Below are positions 41,455-50,043 of a DNA stretch of 64,000 nucleotides, piece by piece (the first letter of the stretch is position 1; every line of letters begins with the position of its first letter). The position numbers and the translations under genes are program-made. Source of the DNA: Balanoglossus misakiensis. Taxonomy: Eukaryota; Animalia; Hemichordata. The notes beneath the pieces were generated by a model. The model saw nothing but the letters and a program-made list of their open reading frames with translations. It did no database searches and was not told where the DNA came from. The stretch spans positions 1 to 64,000 of the forward strand of contig JBECUI020000025.1 in assembly GCA_040954595.2 (NCBI GenBank). Direction: 5' to 3'.

Positions 41455-42301
41455 ACGTTCCACCCGACCAATTTAGTTTTGTACGAAGCACATCATAAAA
41501 AGTTCGGTTCGGGGAACAAATAATAGACAGTTGCTTCGTTGAACGCTGAACGGTTATTCTATCCCCTTCGTAGAGTTCGGTAAACAACTGCCCATCAACA
41601 TTCAGCACGGGAGTTGTTCGCTGATTATTCTCCACTACAATTTTTAGTGTCTCTTCCGGCGGAATAACAACCGGTCTATGCGAAAGGGTAAACGGACAGA
41701 TAGGGTTCAAGATAATAGCGTTCATTTCCGGATGAAGGATGGGACCGCCAGCTGAAACAGAATAAGCAGTTGATCCGGTAGGAGTAGACAGAATAACACC
41801 ATCCGCGCGATATCGTCCAAGAAAATCATCGCCAACATACAGCGACAAACGCAATAACTTGGACACCTGCGCTCCGGAGATAACCACGTCGTTTAGAATG
41901 CCTGTACGCGATTTTTTTCCACCAGTTTCGGAATCTACCTGAACTGAAAGTAACATCCGCGGACATGCTACTATCTGTTCCAACTGGTATGCCTGCAATG
42001 TCTCTTCCCATTCATCACTCAGGATCTCGGTAATAAAGCCAAAGGTACCCAAATTGATGGGCATAATCGGAGTATTTCTTCCTGCGAGAATACGGCTTGC
42101 ATACAACACGGTGCCATCGCCACCGAGTGTCATGACCAGATCGTACTCAGTTTTATCGGTAAACTCATCTTCATAGTTGTTATATACAAATAACTCACAT
42201 GAAATGCCGTTTTCTGCCAGCTTTTTGTGAATTGTATCACATAAACCAAGAACATCTTTTTTTGCCTGATGGACGATCAGAAGTACATTTTTTATCTTCA
42301 C
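41447..42301 (-). CDS. nadK: NAD(+) kinase
   Basis: GGDGT, LNDVVI, ADG..STPTGSTAYSVSAGGP; GTG start inferred. Confidence 0.96.
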   Translation of the reverse strand: MKIKNVLLIVHQAKKDVLGLCDTIHKKLAENGISCELFVYNNYEDEFTDKTEYDLVMTLGGDGTVLYASRILAGRNTPIMPINLGTFGFITEILSDEWEETLQAYQLEQIVACPRMLLSVQVDSETGGKKSRTGILNDVVISGAQVSKLLRLSLYVGDDFLGRYRADGVILSTPTGSTAYSVSAGGPILHPEMNAIILNPICPFTLSHRPVVIPPEETLKIVVENNQRTTPVLNVDGQLFTELYEGDRITVQRSTKQLSIICSPNRTFYDVLRTKLNWSGGTYD

Positions 42302-42374
42302 CGGTAGAGTCCCACCTGTACACAGATTTTGCATAGGATTTATCAATTATAACAAAATGGAATATATTTAGCAA

Positions 42375-43361
42375 TCAGGGTACACGAGAAATAACTTTTG
42401 TAAGTCGATCTATTTCATCCTGTTTAAGTGATGCATCAAAAGGGAAAAGCACAAGCTGATTGATATAACGCTGTGCATTCGGCATGCTCTTGTCGACAGG
42501 GTCGGGAAAGGCATGCAGAACCTCTATGCCCTGTTTCTTTGCATAGAGAATAGCATCATGAATGTTATGGTCTAAAATAAGGGGATAATGATGTAATACT
42601 GCACCTTTCACGGGCATTATCAGTGGGCTTCCTCTTCCCTTTTCTGCAGCTTCATTAAAAAGTTGCACAATTTCTTTTTTGCGTTTCACCCGTTTGTCCA
42701 GCCGCCGTAACTGCGTAAGCCCGAGGGAGGCATTTAATGCCGGCATCTGTACTGAGGGATCAAGTTCGGGCATTGTGCGACGCTGTCGAAAAAAGATTGA
42801 TGCCCCCCCACCAGTCGTGAGCATGTTCTCTACCTCAGTAGCAAACAAAACCACATTTCCAATACTCCCTGCCCGCATATCTACACGAGAAGAGGCAAGA
42901 GCCGTGCTTATGTCTTCAATAATGGGAATATCCAGTTCGGCAAATGCTTGCAGATCAGCAACAAAACCTAAAGGGGCATCAAGCACAAGGGCATCGAGTT
43001 TCAATTCCTGATAGTTAAACTTCTTCGGAGAAGGGAGCAGCGGAATGTCATTATCAACATCAATAAAAACCGGTTCCATGCCGCGCTCCCGCAACACATG
43101 AGAATACGGTTTAGGAAGAAGCGGAGAAATGCCGACTTTGCTTCCTGCCTTCAGAGATAAGGCTGAAATGGCAAGCGCTATCGCGTCTCGATAGCTGCGA
43201 AGAACATAACCATATCTCATACCGCAGTATTCCGCTAGTTTTTGCGAAAATGTCTTCGCAATTGACTCTTTTCCCAGTGCATCATCAAGCAGACATCGAA
43301 GAACCGAATCAAGATCCAATCTATCAATGTCCGGATAATTGAGAACAATAAAATTATTCAT
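42375..43361 (-). CDS. DegT/DnrJ/EryC1/StrS-fold protein lacking the PLP-binding lysine
   Basis: PVFIDV, PIIEDIS, GSIG..LTTGGG and LGLTQLRRLD..R follow the family pattern; Asn sits at the Schiff-base Lys position. Confidence 0.75.
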   Translation of the reverse strand: MNNFIVLNYPDIDRLDLDSVLRCLLDDALGKESIAKTFSQKLAEYCGMRYGYVLRSYRDAIALAISALSLKAGSKVGISPLLPKPYSHVLRERGMEPVFIDVDNDIPLLPSPKKFNYQELKLDALVLDAPLGFVADLQAFAELDIPIIEDISTALASSRVDMRAGSIGNVVLFATEVENMLTTGGGASIFFRQRRTMPELDPSVQMPALNASLGLTQLRRLDKRVKRKKEIVQLFNEAAEKGRGSPLIMPVKGAVLHHYPLILDHNIHDAILYAKKQGIEVLHAFPDPVDKSMPNAQRYINQLVLFPFDASLKQDEIDRLTKVISRVP

Positions 43362-43381
43362 GTATTTACCAAAAGATGAGC

Positions 43382-43455
43382 TGGGCCTGACTAGACTCGA
43401 ACTAGTGACCCCTTCCTTATCAGAGAAGTGCTCTAACCAACTGAGCTACAGGCCC
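43382..43455 (-). tRNA. tRNA-Ile(GAT); CCA not encoded
   Basis: Cloverleaf GGGCCTG..GCTC AGTTGGTTA GAGC..CTTCT CTGATAA GGAAG..ACTAG TTCGAGT CTAGT CAGGCCC A. Confidence 0.97.
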
Positions 43456-43507
43456 AAAAGAAAGAGAGAGAGATAGAGGGAGAATGATATGGGGCCGTCT
43501 TTCTCAT

Positions 43508-43935
43508 AGAAAGGAGGTGATCCAGCCGCACTTTCCAGTACGGCTACCTTGTTACGACTTCACCCCCCTTACCAAGCATACCTTCGGCGCTGTCCTCCTT
43601 TGCAGGTTAGACGCACGACTTCGGGTATCCCCGACTCGGGTGGTGCGACGGGCGGTGTGTACAAGGCCCGAGAACGTATTCACCGCGCCATGCTGATGCG
43701 CGATTACTAGCGATTCCGACTTCATAGAGTCGAGTTTCAGACTCTAATCCGGACTGAGACAAGCTTTTTGCGTTTTGCTCCCCTTTGCAGGATTGCGTCG
43801 CTTTGTACCTGCCATTGTAGCACGTGTGTAGCCCAGGATATAAGGGCCATGATGACTTGACCTCATCCCCACCTTCCTCCGGCTTATCACCGGCAGTCCC
43901 GTCTGAGTTCCCGCCATTACGCGTTGGCAACAGAC

Positions 43936-43972
<37 letters not shown>

Positions 43973-44087
43973 CTTCACAGCACGAGCTGTCGACAGCCAT
44001 GCAGCACCTGTTTGGCGGCTCCGAAGAGCAATATCATTTCTGATACCTTCCACCATATGTCAAATCCTGGTAAGGTTTCTCGCGTAG

Positions 44088-44149
<62 letters not shown>

Positions 44150-44509
44150 CCCTTGCGAGTGTACTCCCCAGGCGGTGCACTTACCGCGTTAGCTCCGATT
44201 CCGAGCTTATTTATGCCCGATATCTAGTGCACATCGTTTACAGCGTGGACTACCAGGGTATCTAATCCTGTTCGCTCCCCACGCTTTCGCGCCTTAGCGT
44301 CAGTCTATGGCCAGAAACTCGCCTTCGCCTCCGGTGTTCTCCTTGGGATCTACAGATTTCACCCCTCCACCAAGGATTCCAGTTTCCCCTCCTAGACTCT
44401 AGTTACACAGTTCCCGACGCATACCACAGTTAAGCTGTGATCTTTTACATCGGGCTTATCTAACCACCTACGCGCCCTTTACGCCCAATAATTCCGAACA
44501 ACGCTCGCC

Positions 44510-44540
<31 letters not shown>

Positions 44541-45049
44541 ATTGGCCGGGGCTTATTCCTCACCTACCGTCATCAAACGAGCATTTCCTCTCATTCTTAT
44601 TCCTCGGTAAGAAAAGTGTTTTACAATCTCTCGACCTTCTTCACACACGCGACGTCGCTCCGTCAGGCTTTCGCCCATTGCGGAAGATTCTTAGCTGCTG
44701 CCTCCCGTAGAAGTCTGGGCCGTTCTCAGTCCCAGTGTGACCGTTCACCCTCTCAGGCCGGCTCCCTATCGTTGCCTTGGTAGGCTTTTACCCCACCAAC
44801 TAGCTAATAGGCCGCAGGCTCCTCATTTGACGGCGCCTATGCGCCTTTCCTGAACTTACTCTCGTATGCACAGCTTATTCGGTATTACTACATGTTTCCA
44901 TGTACTATCCCCATTCAAATGGTAGATTACCTACGTGTCACTCACCCGTTCGCCACTCTCAGAATGTTTGCACATTCCTTTCGTTCGACTTGCATGCTTA
45001 AAACGCGTCGCCAGCGTTCGTTCTGAGCCAGGATCAAACTCTTCATACT
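43508..45049 (-). rRNA. rrs: 16S rRNA (Spirochaetales), not followed by 23S; ends approximate
   Basis: AGAGTTTGATCCTGGCTCAG, GTGCCAGCAGCCGCGGTAA, AAGTCGTAACAAGG and anti-SD GATCACCTCCTTT. Confidence 0.99.
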
Positions 45050-45103
45050 TCAACTAATCCTTCTTTCGAAGAATTAATATCTTTAAAATTCTGTTTTTTC
45101 CGT

Positions 45104-45125
45104 GACCCCACACATCCTTCCCTCT
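45104..45125 (-). other. 5' arm of the 16S processing (RNase III-type) stem; pairs with 43475-43496
   Basis: Leader AGAGGGAAGGATGTGTGGGGTC is complementary, with G-U pairs and a bulge, to trailer GGCCCCATATCATTCTCCCTCT. Confidence 0.7.
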
Positions 45126-45153
45126 TTGTTTCAAACATCTCTCGTTCTTTCTT

Positions 45154-45183
45154 ATCCTACACTGTCCCCTCTTTTCGTGTCAA
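45154..45183 (-). promoter_or_regulatory. Putative rRNA sigma70 promoter
   Basis: TTGACA (45183-45178), 18 nt, TAGGAT (45159-45154); A-rich upstream; boxA-like GATGTTTGAAA just downstream. Confidence 0.65.
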
Positions 45184-45220
45184 CCTTTTATTGCTTTTTA
45201 TTTCCTTTATTGGAAAGTAT

Positions 45221-45538
45221 TTACAAGGTGCGACTATTTAGTTCTTTTTCTTTGCTTGCTATTCGTAGATCTAAGTCAATAATCTCTTCGAGAAGGCTTT
45301 TTATCTCAACTGTAGTACGCGTAATGCTCTTTCGTTCGGGTAATAAAAACAAATTGTATACAGACTCTCCCAACTTCTGAAACTTTCCCTTTCTCTTGTT
45401 CTGTAGATCTCGAATCTCTAACTTCAGTACGCTGCTATCCTTGAGCTCCTTTGTCTTCTTTCCTGCTCCAACAAGAAGTTGTTTGGACACAGATACAGCA
45501 CTCTCTAATTTCTTTTTTGTATTATCCCAAAAACTCAT
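45221..45538 (-). CDS. Hypothetical small coiled-coil protein
   Basis: 105-aa Lys-rich helical ORF, co-oriented with its neighbours. Confidence 0.65.
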   Translation of the reverse strand: MSFWDNTKKKLESAVSVSKQLLVGAGKKTKELKDSSVLKLEIRDLQNKRKGKFQKLGESVYNLFLLPERKSITRTTVEIKSLLEEIIDLDLRIASKEKELNSRTL

Positions 45539-45576
45539 ATTTATAAGATAGCAGTTTTTCTGCTTCTTGGCAAGTA

Positions 45577-46494
45577 TTATTCTTGCGTATCTTCAAGAGA
45601 AAATTCTTCAAAAAGACTATTCATTGCTTCAACTGCAAAGTTTGCAGGATCATCACGAAGCGCATGCAATATTCCAATATCATTATAGCCGAGTTCTAAT
45701 GCCTTGCGTAATGCTGCAAGGGATTGGTCGGAATTTTTCTCTGTTAATAAGAATATCTCGGCAATCTTGATATAGGCTTTCATCTGATCTTCGACTGAAT
45801 AGAGATCGGAGGTGCTTATTGCCGTATATGTTTGACGTGCCTCCAGAGTCCGATCGTTTCTGATAAATAAATCGGCAAGTTCCATGCTTTGCTGGGAGGG
45901 ATCAGGCTGCATTTTTTGGAAGGTGCGCAGATGCTGAAATGCTTCCTTCTTCCGCCCTTGGTCGGTCAGTAAGGTGGCATACAAAAAATAAACCCCTGCA
46001 TTGTTCTGGTCTAATTCAGTTGCCAGCTGCAGTAGTTCTTCTGCCTTGCTGATATCATCCATTGAGATGTAAATCTGCGCCGCATTGTACAGATTGCGTG
46101 AACGAGGAACATCATTGTTCAATTCTTCGTACATTGCTAATGCTTGCTCAGTATTGCCGGCTTGATAATGGCAATAGGCAAGAAGCTCCAATACTAGTAC
46201 GTTTTCTTTGTCTTCCTCGTATAGTTGCTGGGCAACTGCAAGTGCTTCCGCAGGTTTGCCCTGCACTAGGTATAGCCGAGCTAGGTTAAACATTGCTTGA
46301 TTGGCGCCAGCTGAATGCTCCCGTGCCTTCATATAGTAGGTATATGCCAGATCATGTGCCCCTGCTAAAAAGAGTTCGTTCGCTATACTATAGTATTCAT
46401 CTGCCATTCGCTTGTTGGTAAGAACAACACAGCCCGGTAATACAATAATGGCAATAATAGTAAGAATAATGACGTTATAAAACTGTTTGCTCAA
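45577..46494 (-). CDS. TPR-repeat putative lipoprotein
   Basis: TTG start inferred; signal peptide ending LPGC; TPR motifs such as FNLARLYLVQG..EAL and YNAAQIY..AEELL. Confidence 0.78.
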   Translation of the reverse strand: MSKQFYNVIILTIIAIIVLPGCVVLTNKRMADEYYSIANELFLAGAHDLAYTYYMKAREHSAGANQAMFNLARLYLVQGKPAEALAVAQQLYEEDKENVLVLELLAYCHYQAGNTEQALAMYEELNNDVPRSRNLYNAAQIYISMDDISKAEELLQLATELDQNNAGVYFLYATLLTDQGRKKEAFQHLRTFQKMQPDPSQQSMELADLFIRNDRTLEARQTYTAISTSDLYSVEDQMKAYIKIAEIFLLTEKNSDQSLAALRKALELGYNDIGILHALRDDPANFAVEAMNSLFEEFSLEDTQE

Positions 46495-47515
46495 TGGTGC
46501 GTACCTGTGCCCTGTATAGGTTGCAGATCGTCGTTCCATAATCTGCAATGAGTTGGATAATGTTTCGAACACTCTTTTCATCATCAGGACCATTTAATCT
46601 ATCCCCTGCATCACCTAATCCCGGAAGAATAAACGATTGCTCATTGAGCACCGGATCCATCCATAGAGTGTAGACCTTCAGGTTCTCTACTGCCCGACGG
46701 GCTAATAAGGCACCTCGTAGTGCAGATATAACGTTGAAAAAACGCACGGAACGAACTGATATGTTTTGTTGCTCTAAATAACGCACAACGGTAACTAGAC
46801 TGCCTGCAGTCGCGTTCATGGGATCTGCAAAAATAAGATCTTTGCCCTGTAATGCATCAAGATTAAAAAATGATTGATCGAGGTCAAGAACATAACGTAT
46901 CGTACTGTCTTCGGTACGATGAATGCGAAAAAGTGCAAAGGGTGTAATGTAGGCAGAAGAAGAATACTCCTGTATTGCTTTTGAAACAATCATTGAAGGA
47001 AGGAGTGAGCCACGAAGCATGACACACATGACTGTATTCTCAATCTCCGGATCTATATACGGTATTTTATGTACGGCATACTGCGTAATTGGTTCTGAGA
47101 CAGGAGTGTTGACAATGAGATGATGTCGTTCGTACGTGTCTGCAGATAAAAAGGCGAGATTGAATAGTAATTCATAGGCTCGCTGCATGTAGTATACAAA
47201 TTCCTCTTGTTGGGTACCGCAATCTCTGAGTTTTGCTATAAGATGGGAAACTTCCCCGTGAATTGAAGGATGGGTACGAAAGGGATAGACAATAATGCTC
47301 TTCTCGTTGGCAATAAGGGCTTGCATCTCATTGCCCATTTTTCGATAAACGTCAATGAGTTTATCCTTGTCTTGCTTCCCCCCGCCGTTCTGTATATCCT
47401 GCATGATTCGTGTTGCTTCGGAGTAGAGGGTATTCATTTCTCCGAGCATTGCTTCGTCCTGATTAGTGAGATAGTCTTTTAAGTCATTTGACGTAAAAAT
47501 ATAGTCATTTGCCAC
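46475..47515 (-). CDS. upp: Uracil phosphoribosyltransferase, long form with N-terminal extension
   Basis: MLRG, FADPMNATAGS (PRPP loop) and ILPGLGDAGDRL (uracil-binding) motifs; GTG start. Confidence 0.88.
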   Translation of the reverse strand: MANDYIFTSNDLKDYLTNQDEAMLGEMNTLYSEATRIMQDIQNGGGKQDKDKLIDVYRKMGNEMQALIANEKSIIVYPFRTHPSIHGEVSHLIAKLRDCGTQQEEFVYYMQRAYELLFNLAFLSADTYERHHLIVNTPVSEPITQYAVHKIPYIDPEIENTVMCVMLRGSLLPSMIVSKAIQEYSSSAYITPFALFRIHRTEDSTIRYVLDLDQSFFNLDALQGKDLIFADPMNATAGSLVTVVRYLEQQNISVRSVRFFNVISALRGALLARRAVENLKVYTLWMDPVLNEQSFILPGLGDAGDRLNGPDDEKSVRNIIQLIADYGTTICNLYRAQVRTIEQTVL

Positions 47516-47516
47516 T

Positions 47517-47588
47517 TATCTCCTAGGGGATTCGAACCCCTGTTGCCGGGCTGAAAACCCGGAGTCCTAACCACTAGACGAAGGAGAC
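47517..47588 (-). tRNA. tRNA-Glu(TTC); CCA not encoded
   Basis: GTCTCCT..GTCT AGTGGTT AGGAC..CCGGG TTTTCAG CCCGG..AGGGG TTCGAAT CCCCT AGGAGAT A. Confidence 0.96.
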
Positions 47589-47594
47589 CTATGA

Positions 47595-47667
47595 TGAGCC
47601 GCGCAGGGTTCGAACCTGCGACCCACGCCTTAAAAGGGCGTCGCTCTACCAACTGAGCTAGCGGCCC
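47595..47667 (-). tRNA. tRNA-Lys(TTT); CCA not encoded
   Basis: GGGCCGC..GCTC AGTTGGTA GAGC..ACGCC CTTTTAA GGCGT..GCAGG TTCGAAC CCTGC GCGGCTC A. Confidence 0.97.
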
Positions 47668-47681
47668 TAATCATTGTTTTG

Positions 47682-47711
47682 AGTATAGACTACTTGAACG
47701 TCAATGGTCAA
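47682..47711 (-). promoter_or_regulatory. Putative sigma70 promoter of the tRNA-Lys/tRNA-Glu/upp unit
   Basis: TTGACC (47711-47706), 18 nt, TATACT (47687-47682), 14 nt before tRNA-Lys. Confidence 0.7.
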
Positions 47712-47726
47712 GTAATAAGGACAAAT

Positions 47727-48998
47727 TTATACATCAATACTAAAACGAAAGTCCAGTGAGAATTCCATGACATTGGGATTTAATGAGTATTTTTCCTCCG
47801 GGAGCGGGAGCCCCATGTCTATGCCGTATAATGCAGCATGTATCTCGCCGATGATAAAATCAAATGTTACTCCACTGGTAAAATAGCCACGATCAAGCCC
47901 TGCACGGAGTGCAATATATTGAAACAGACGAATCTCTGTTCCCAGATGGAGAGAGCTGATAAAGACCTCAGTGGGGGTCCGAGATTCAATATGCAATAAC
48001 CCAAATGGATCAACAAATTCTGCTTGAAGTGATATGTCTATAAATTTCTCAATGTACTGCCCGAAATTAATATCCCAAGCGATACCAAATCGTAGTTCCG
48101 GGATGTACCGAACAAATATGTGTTCCTGCTGTGTTCCCCTTGTAAACAACAAAAAATTTAGGGGAGAATCAATTAAACCGTTAATTGTATCTTGGTTTAT
48201 GCTTGCAGGATCATCACTTCTGATATTTTGTCCATAGAATATGACACCGGGTAAGTAAAAGTCTCGTGCTTGAACGGTTATTGAAACCGTGTCAATATCG
48301 AAGCGTAAGCCGGTATCTAGTGCTAATCCCCAACCAGATGCAATGTGGGATACATGTGGAGAGATATTCTTCCATGTTAGTGAATTCTGTAAGACCCGAG
48401 TGTTTAATTCTGCATCCCCCGAACTATAAGCGACGGTTCTCCGCAAGAATGGACGAAGTGTTGCCCCTATGGTAAGAAAACTATTGCCATCAAGCCGAAA
48501 AGTATGTGCATAGCCCAATGAAGCAGCAAGTTCAAAACTGACGTAGTATAATTCCGTGTCGCCACTACTGGAAGATGCCGTGTTTAATAACCAGCGCAGG
48601 CCTACGCCAAATCCTTTATTGGATACGCTGAAGCCGAGACTCGTGCCGTTTCGAAAAAAATCATCTGCACGAGTGGTGGTAAATGCATTTATAAAGGCAT
48701 TAAAATCCCCGCTTTGGAACATATTGGTATATATTGACGGGTTGTTTCCCCATATCTGTATCGATACCGGCATTATTTCCCACTTATCTTGCTTTATTCG
48801 TGTTGGATTATAGAATAATGCCTCATACGAAGGCATTTCCCCTGCTGTGGAAAACCCTTGTGCTGCTATTATGGGATTCGGCGTCGGAAGTGGATTTAAC
48901 CAGTATAGATATGGCAACATGCCATACTCTGCTTGCACATTCGGCGCCAGAAAGATAATAAAACATAATACAATAAACCAGTGCAATCTCTTACCCAT
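47727..48998 (-). CDS. Putative outer-membrane beta-barrel (FadL/TraF-like)
   Basis: Signal peptide (..NVQA); hatch-like AAQGFSTA..ALFYNP; amphipathic strands (LGYAH, IGATLR, GLALDTG, LRAG); aromatic-rich C-terminal strand. Confidence 0.6.
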   Translation of the reverse strand: MGKRLHWFIVLCFIIFLAPNVQAEYGMLPYLYWLNPLPTPNPIIAAQGFSTAGEMPSYEALFYNPTRIKQDKWEIMPVSIQIWGNNPSIYTNMFQSGDFNAFINAFTTTRADDFFRNGTSLGFSVSNKGFGVGLRWLLNTASSSSGDTELYYVSFELAASLGYAHTFRLDGNSFLTIGATLRPFLRRTVAYSSGDAELNTRVLQNSLTWKNISPHVSHIASGWGLALDTGLRFDIDTVSITVQARDFYLPGVIFYGQNIRSDDPASINQDTINGLIDSPLNFLLFTRGTQQEHIFVRYIPELRFGIAWDINFGQYIEKFIDISLQAEFVDPFGLLHIESRTPTEVFISSLHLGTEIRLFQYIALRAGLDRGYFTSGVTFDFIIGEIHAALYGIDMGLPLPEEKYSLNPNVMEFSLDFRFSIDV

Positions 48999-49060
48999 TA
49001 TAGCCTCATCGGTATCTTAACACATTAATAGTCCCAAACTATAAAACGTCAAGTCTTAAT

Positions 49061-49678
49061 TTAGTTTAATTCTTCCATTAATAGATTCTCTAATCGCCTA
49101 ACTTCTCCAAGTATGGCAGTGTTTCCCCTATCTAAGGCAAGAGCACGCTTATAGGCTTCAAGAGCATATTCGATATCTTCTATTTTTTCTCGTGTACGTG
49201 CCAATCGTACCCAGTAGTCATGAACTCTGGGAGAATACTCCGCTGCAGCAGCAAATGCAAGTTCTGCCTTGTAAAAGCGTTTTAATGCAAATAAACTCTC
49301 ACCGAGAAAGTAGTATATGTCGGAAATGGTTCTGCTCTCCGGCGTTAAACTGATGTACTGAGAAAAATATGCTACTGCCGGTTCATATTCCTTGAGATAG
49401 TAATGTGCTTCGCCCAGTATTCCTACAATGCGGGTATCGTGGGGAGAAAATGTAATTCCACGTTCGGCATATTCTATGGCATCTTGATAACGCCCTAATG
49501 CCAGAAGGCTCCAGCCAAGCACGCTGTATGCGTTCATATTCCGCTCGTTCGCCTGCAGTTCCTGTAGAGTTACCTCTACCGCCTGCTGATACTCCCTATT
49601 ACGATAAAGAACAAGTGCATCCTGTGCATATACTGGTATAACGAAACCAAATAATAAGATAAGTCCAACTCCTCGCAT
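49061..49678 (-). CDS. Exported TPR-repeat protein
   Basis: Signal peptide (..VYA) and several TPRs (LGWSLLALGRYQDA, LGEAHYYLKEYEPA). Confidence 0.8.
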   Translation of the reverse strand: MRGVGLILLFGFVIPVYAQDALVLYRNREYQQAVEVTLQELQANERNMNAYSVLGWSLLALGRYQDAIEYAERGITFSPHDTRIVGILGEAHYYLKEYEPAVAYFSQYISLTPESRTISDIYYFLGESLFALKRFYKAELAFAAAAEYSPRVHDYWVRLARTREKIEDIEYALEAYKRALALDRGNTAILGEVRRLENLLMEELN

Positions 49679-49680
49679 TA

Positions 49681-50043
49681 TTATTTCTCCTGTTTCCCTA
49701 CCTTCATGGTACATACCCCGTTGAAAACCGACCCACTTTGAATAACGAGATCTGCCGTTTCAATATCACTCTCAAGACGGGCGGACTTGAATACTTCTAT
49801 ACGTTCACGTGCCTGTACGTTTCCCTGTAACCTGCCGTGTACCGCAACATGACCGGCTGTAACCTTGGCATGTACCGATGCATTCTTGCTGATATATACC
49901 TCCGTCTCAGAATGGATTGTTCCTGATACCTGCCCCTTAATTATTATCGGCTCCTCCATGTAAATTTCACCCTCAAAGGCTATATCTTGCCCTAAAATTG
50001 TGCCCAAGTCGGCTTCTTTAATGCTGTACAAACTATCTTGCAC
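49681..50043 (-). CDS. Bactofilin (polymer-forming cytoskeletal protein)
   Basis: Beta-helix pattern TILGQDIAFEGEI..IIKGQVSGTI..VHGRLQGNV..LVIQSGSVFNG; GTG start with purine-rich SD. Confidence 0.9.
   Translation of the reverse strand: MQDSLYSIKEADLGTILGQDIAFEGEIYMEEPIIIKGQVSGTIHSETEVYISKNASVHAKVTAGHVAVHGRLQGNVQARERIEVFKSARLESDIETADLVIQSGSVFNGVCTMKVGKQEK

Noticed and set aside
43484-44087. ORFs of 70-149 aa inside the rRNA region
   Set aside because: They overlap the 16S rRNA gene and are spurious.
47727-48998. Conjugative element inserted at the tRNA-Lys/Glu locus (TraF-like gene)
   Set aside because: No integrase, relaxase, T4SS genes or duplicated tRNA 3' end; the gene lies upstream of the tRNAs.
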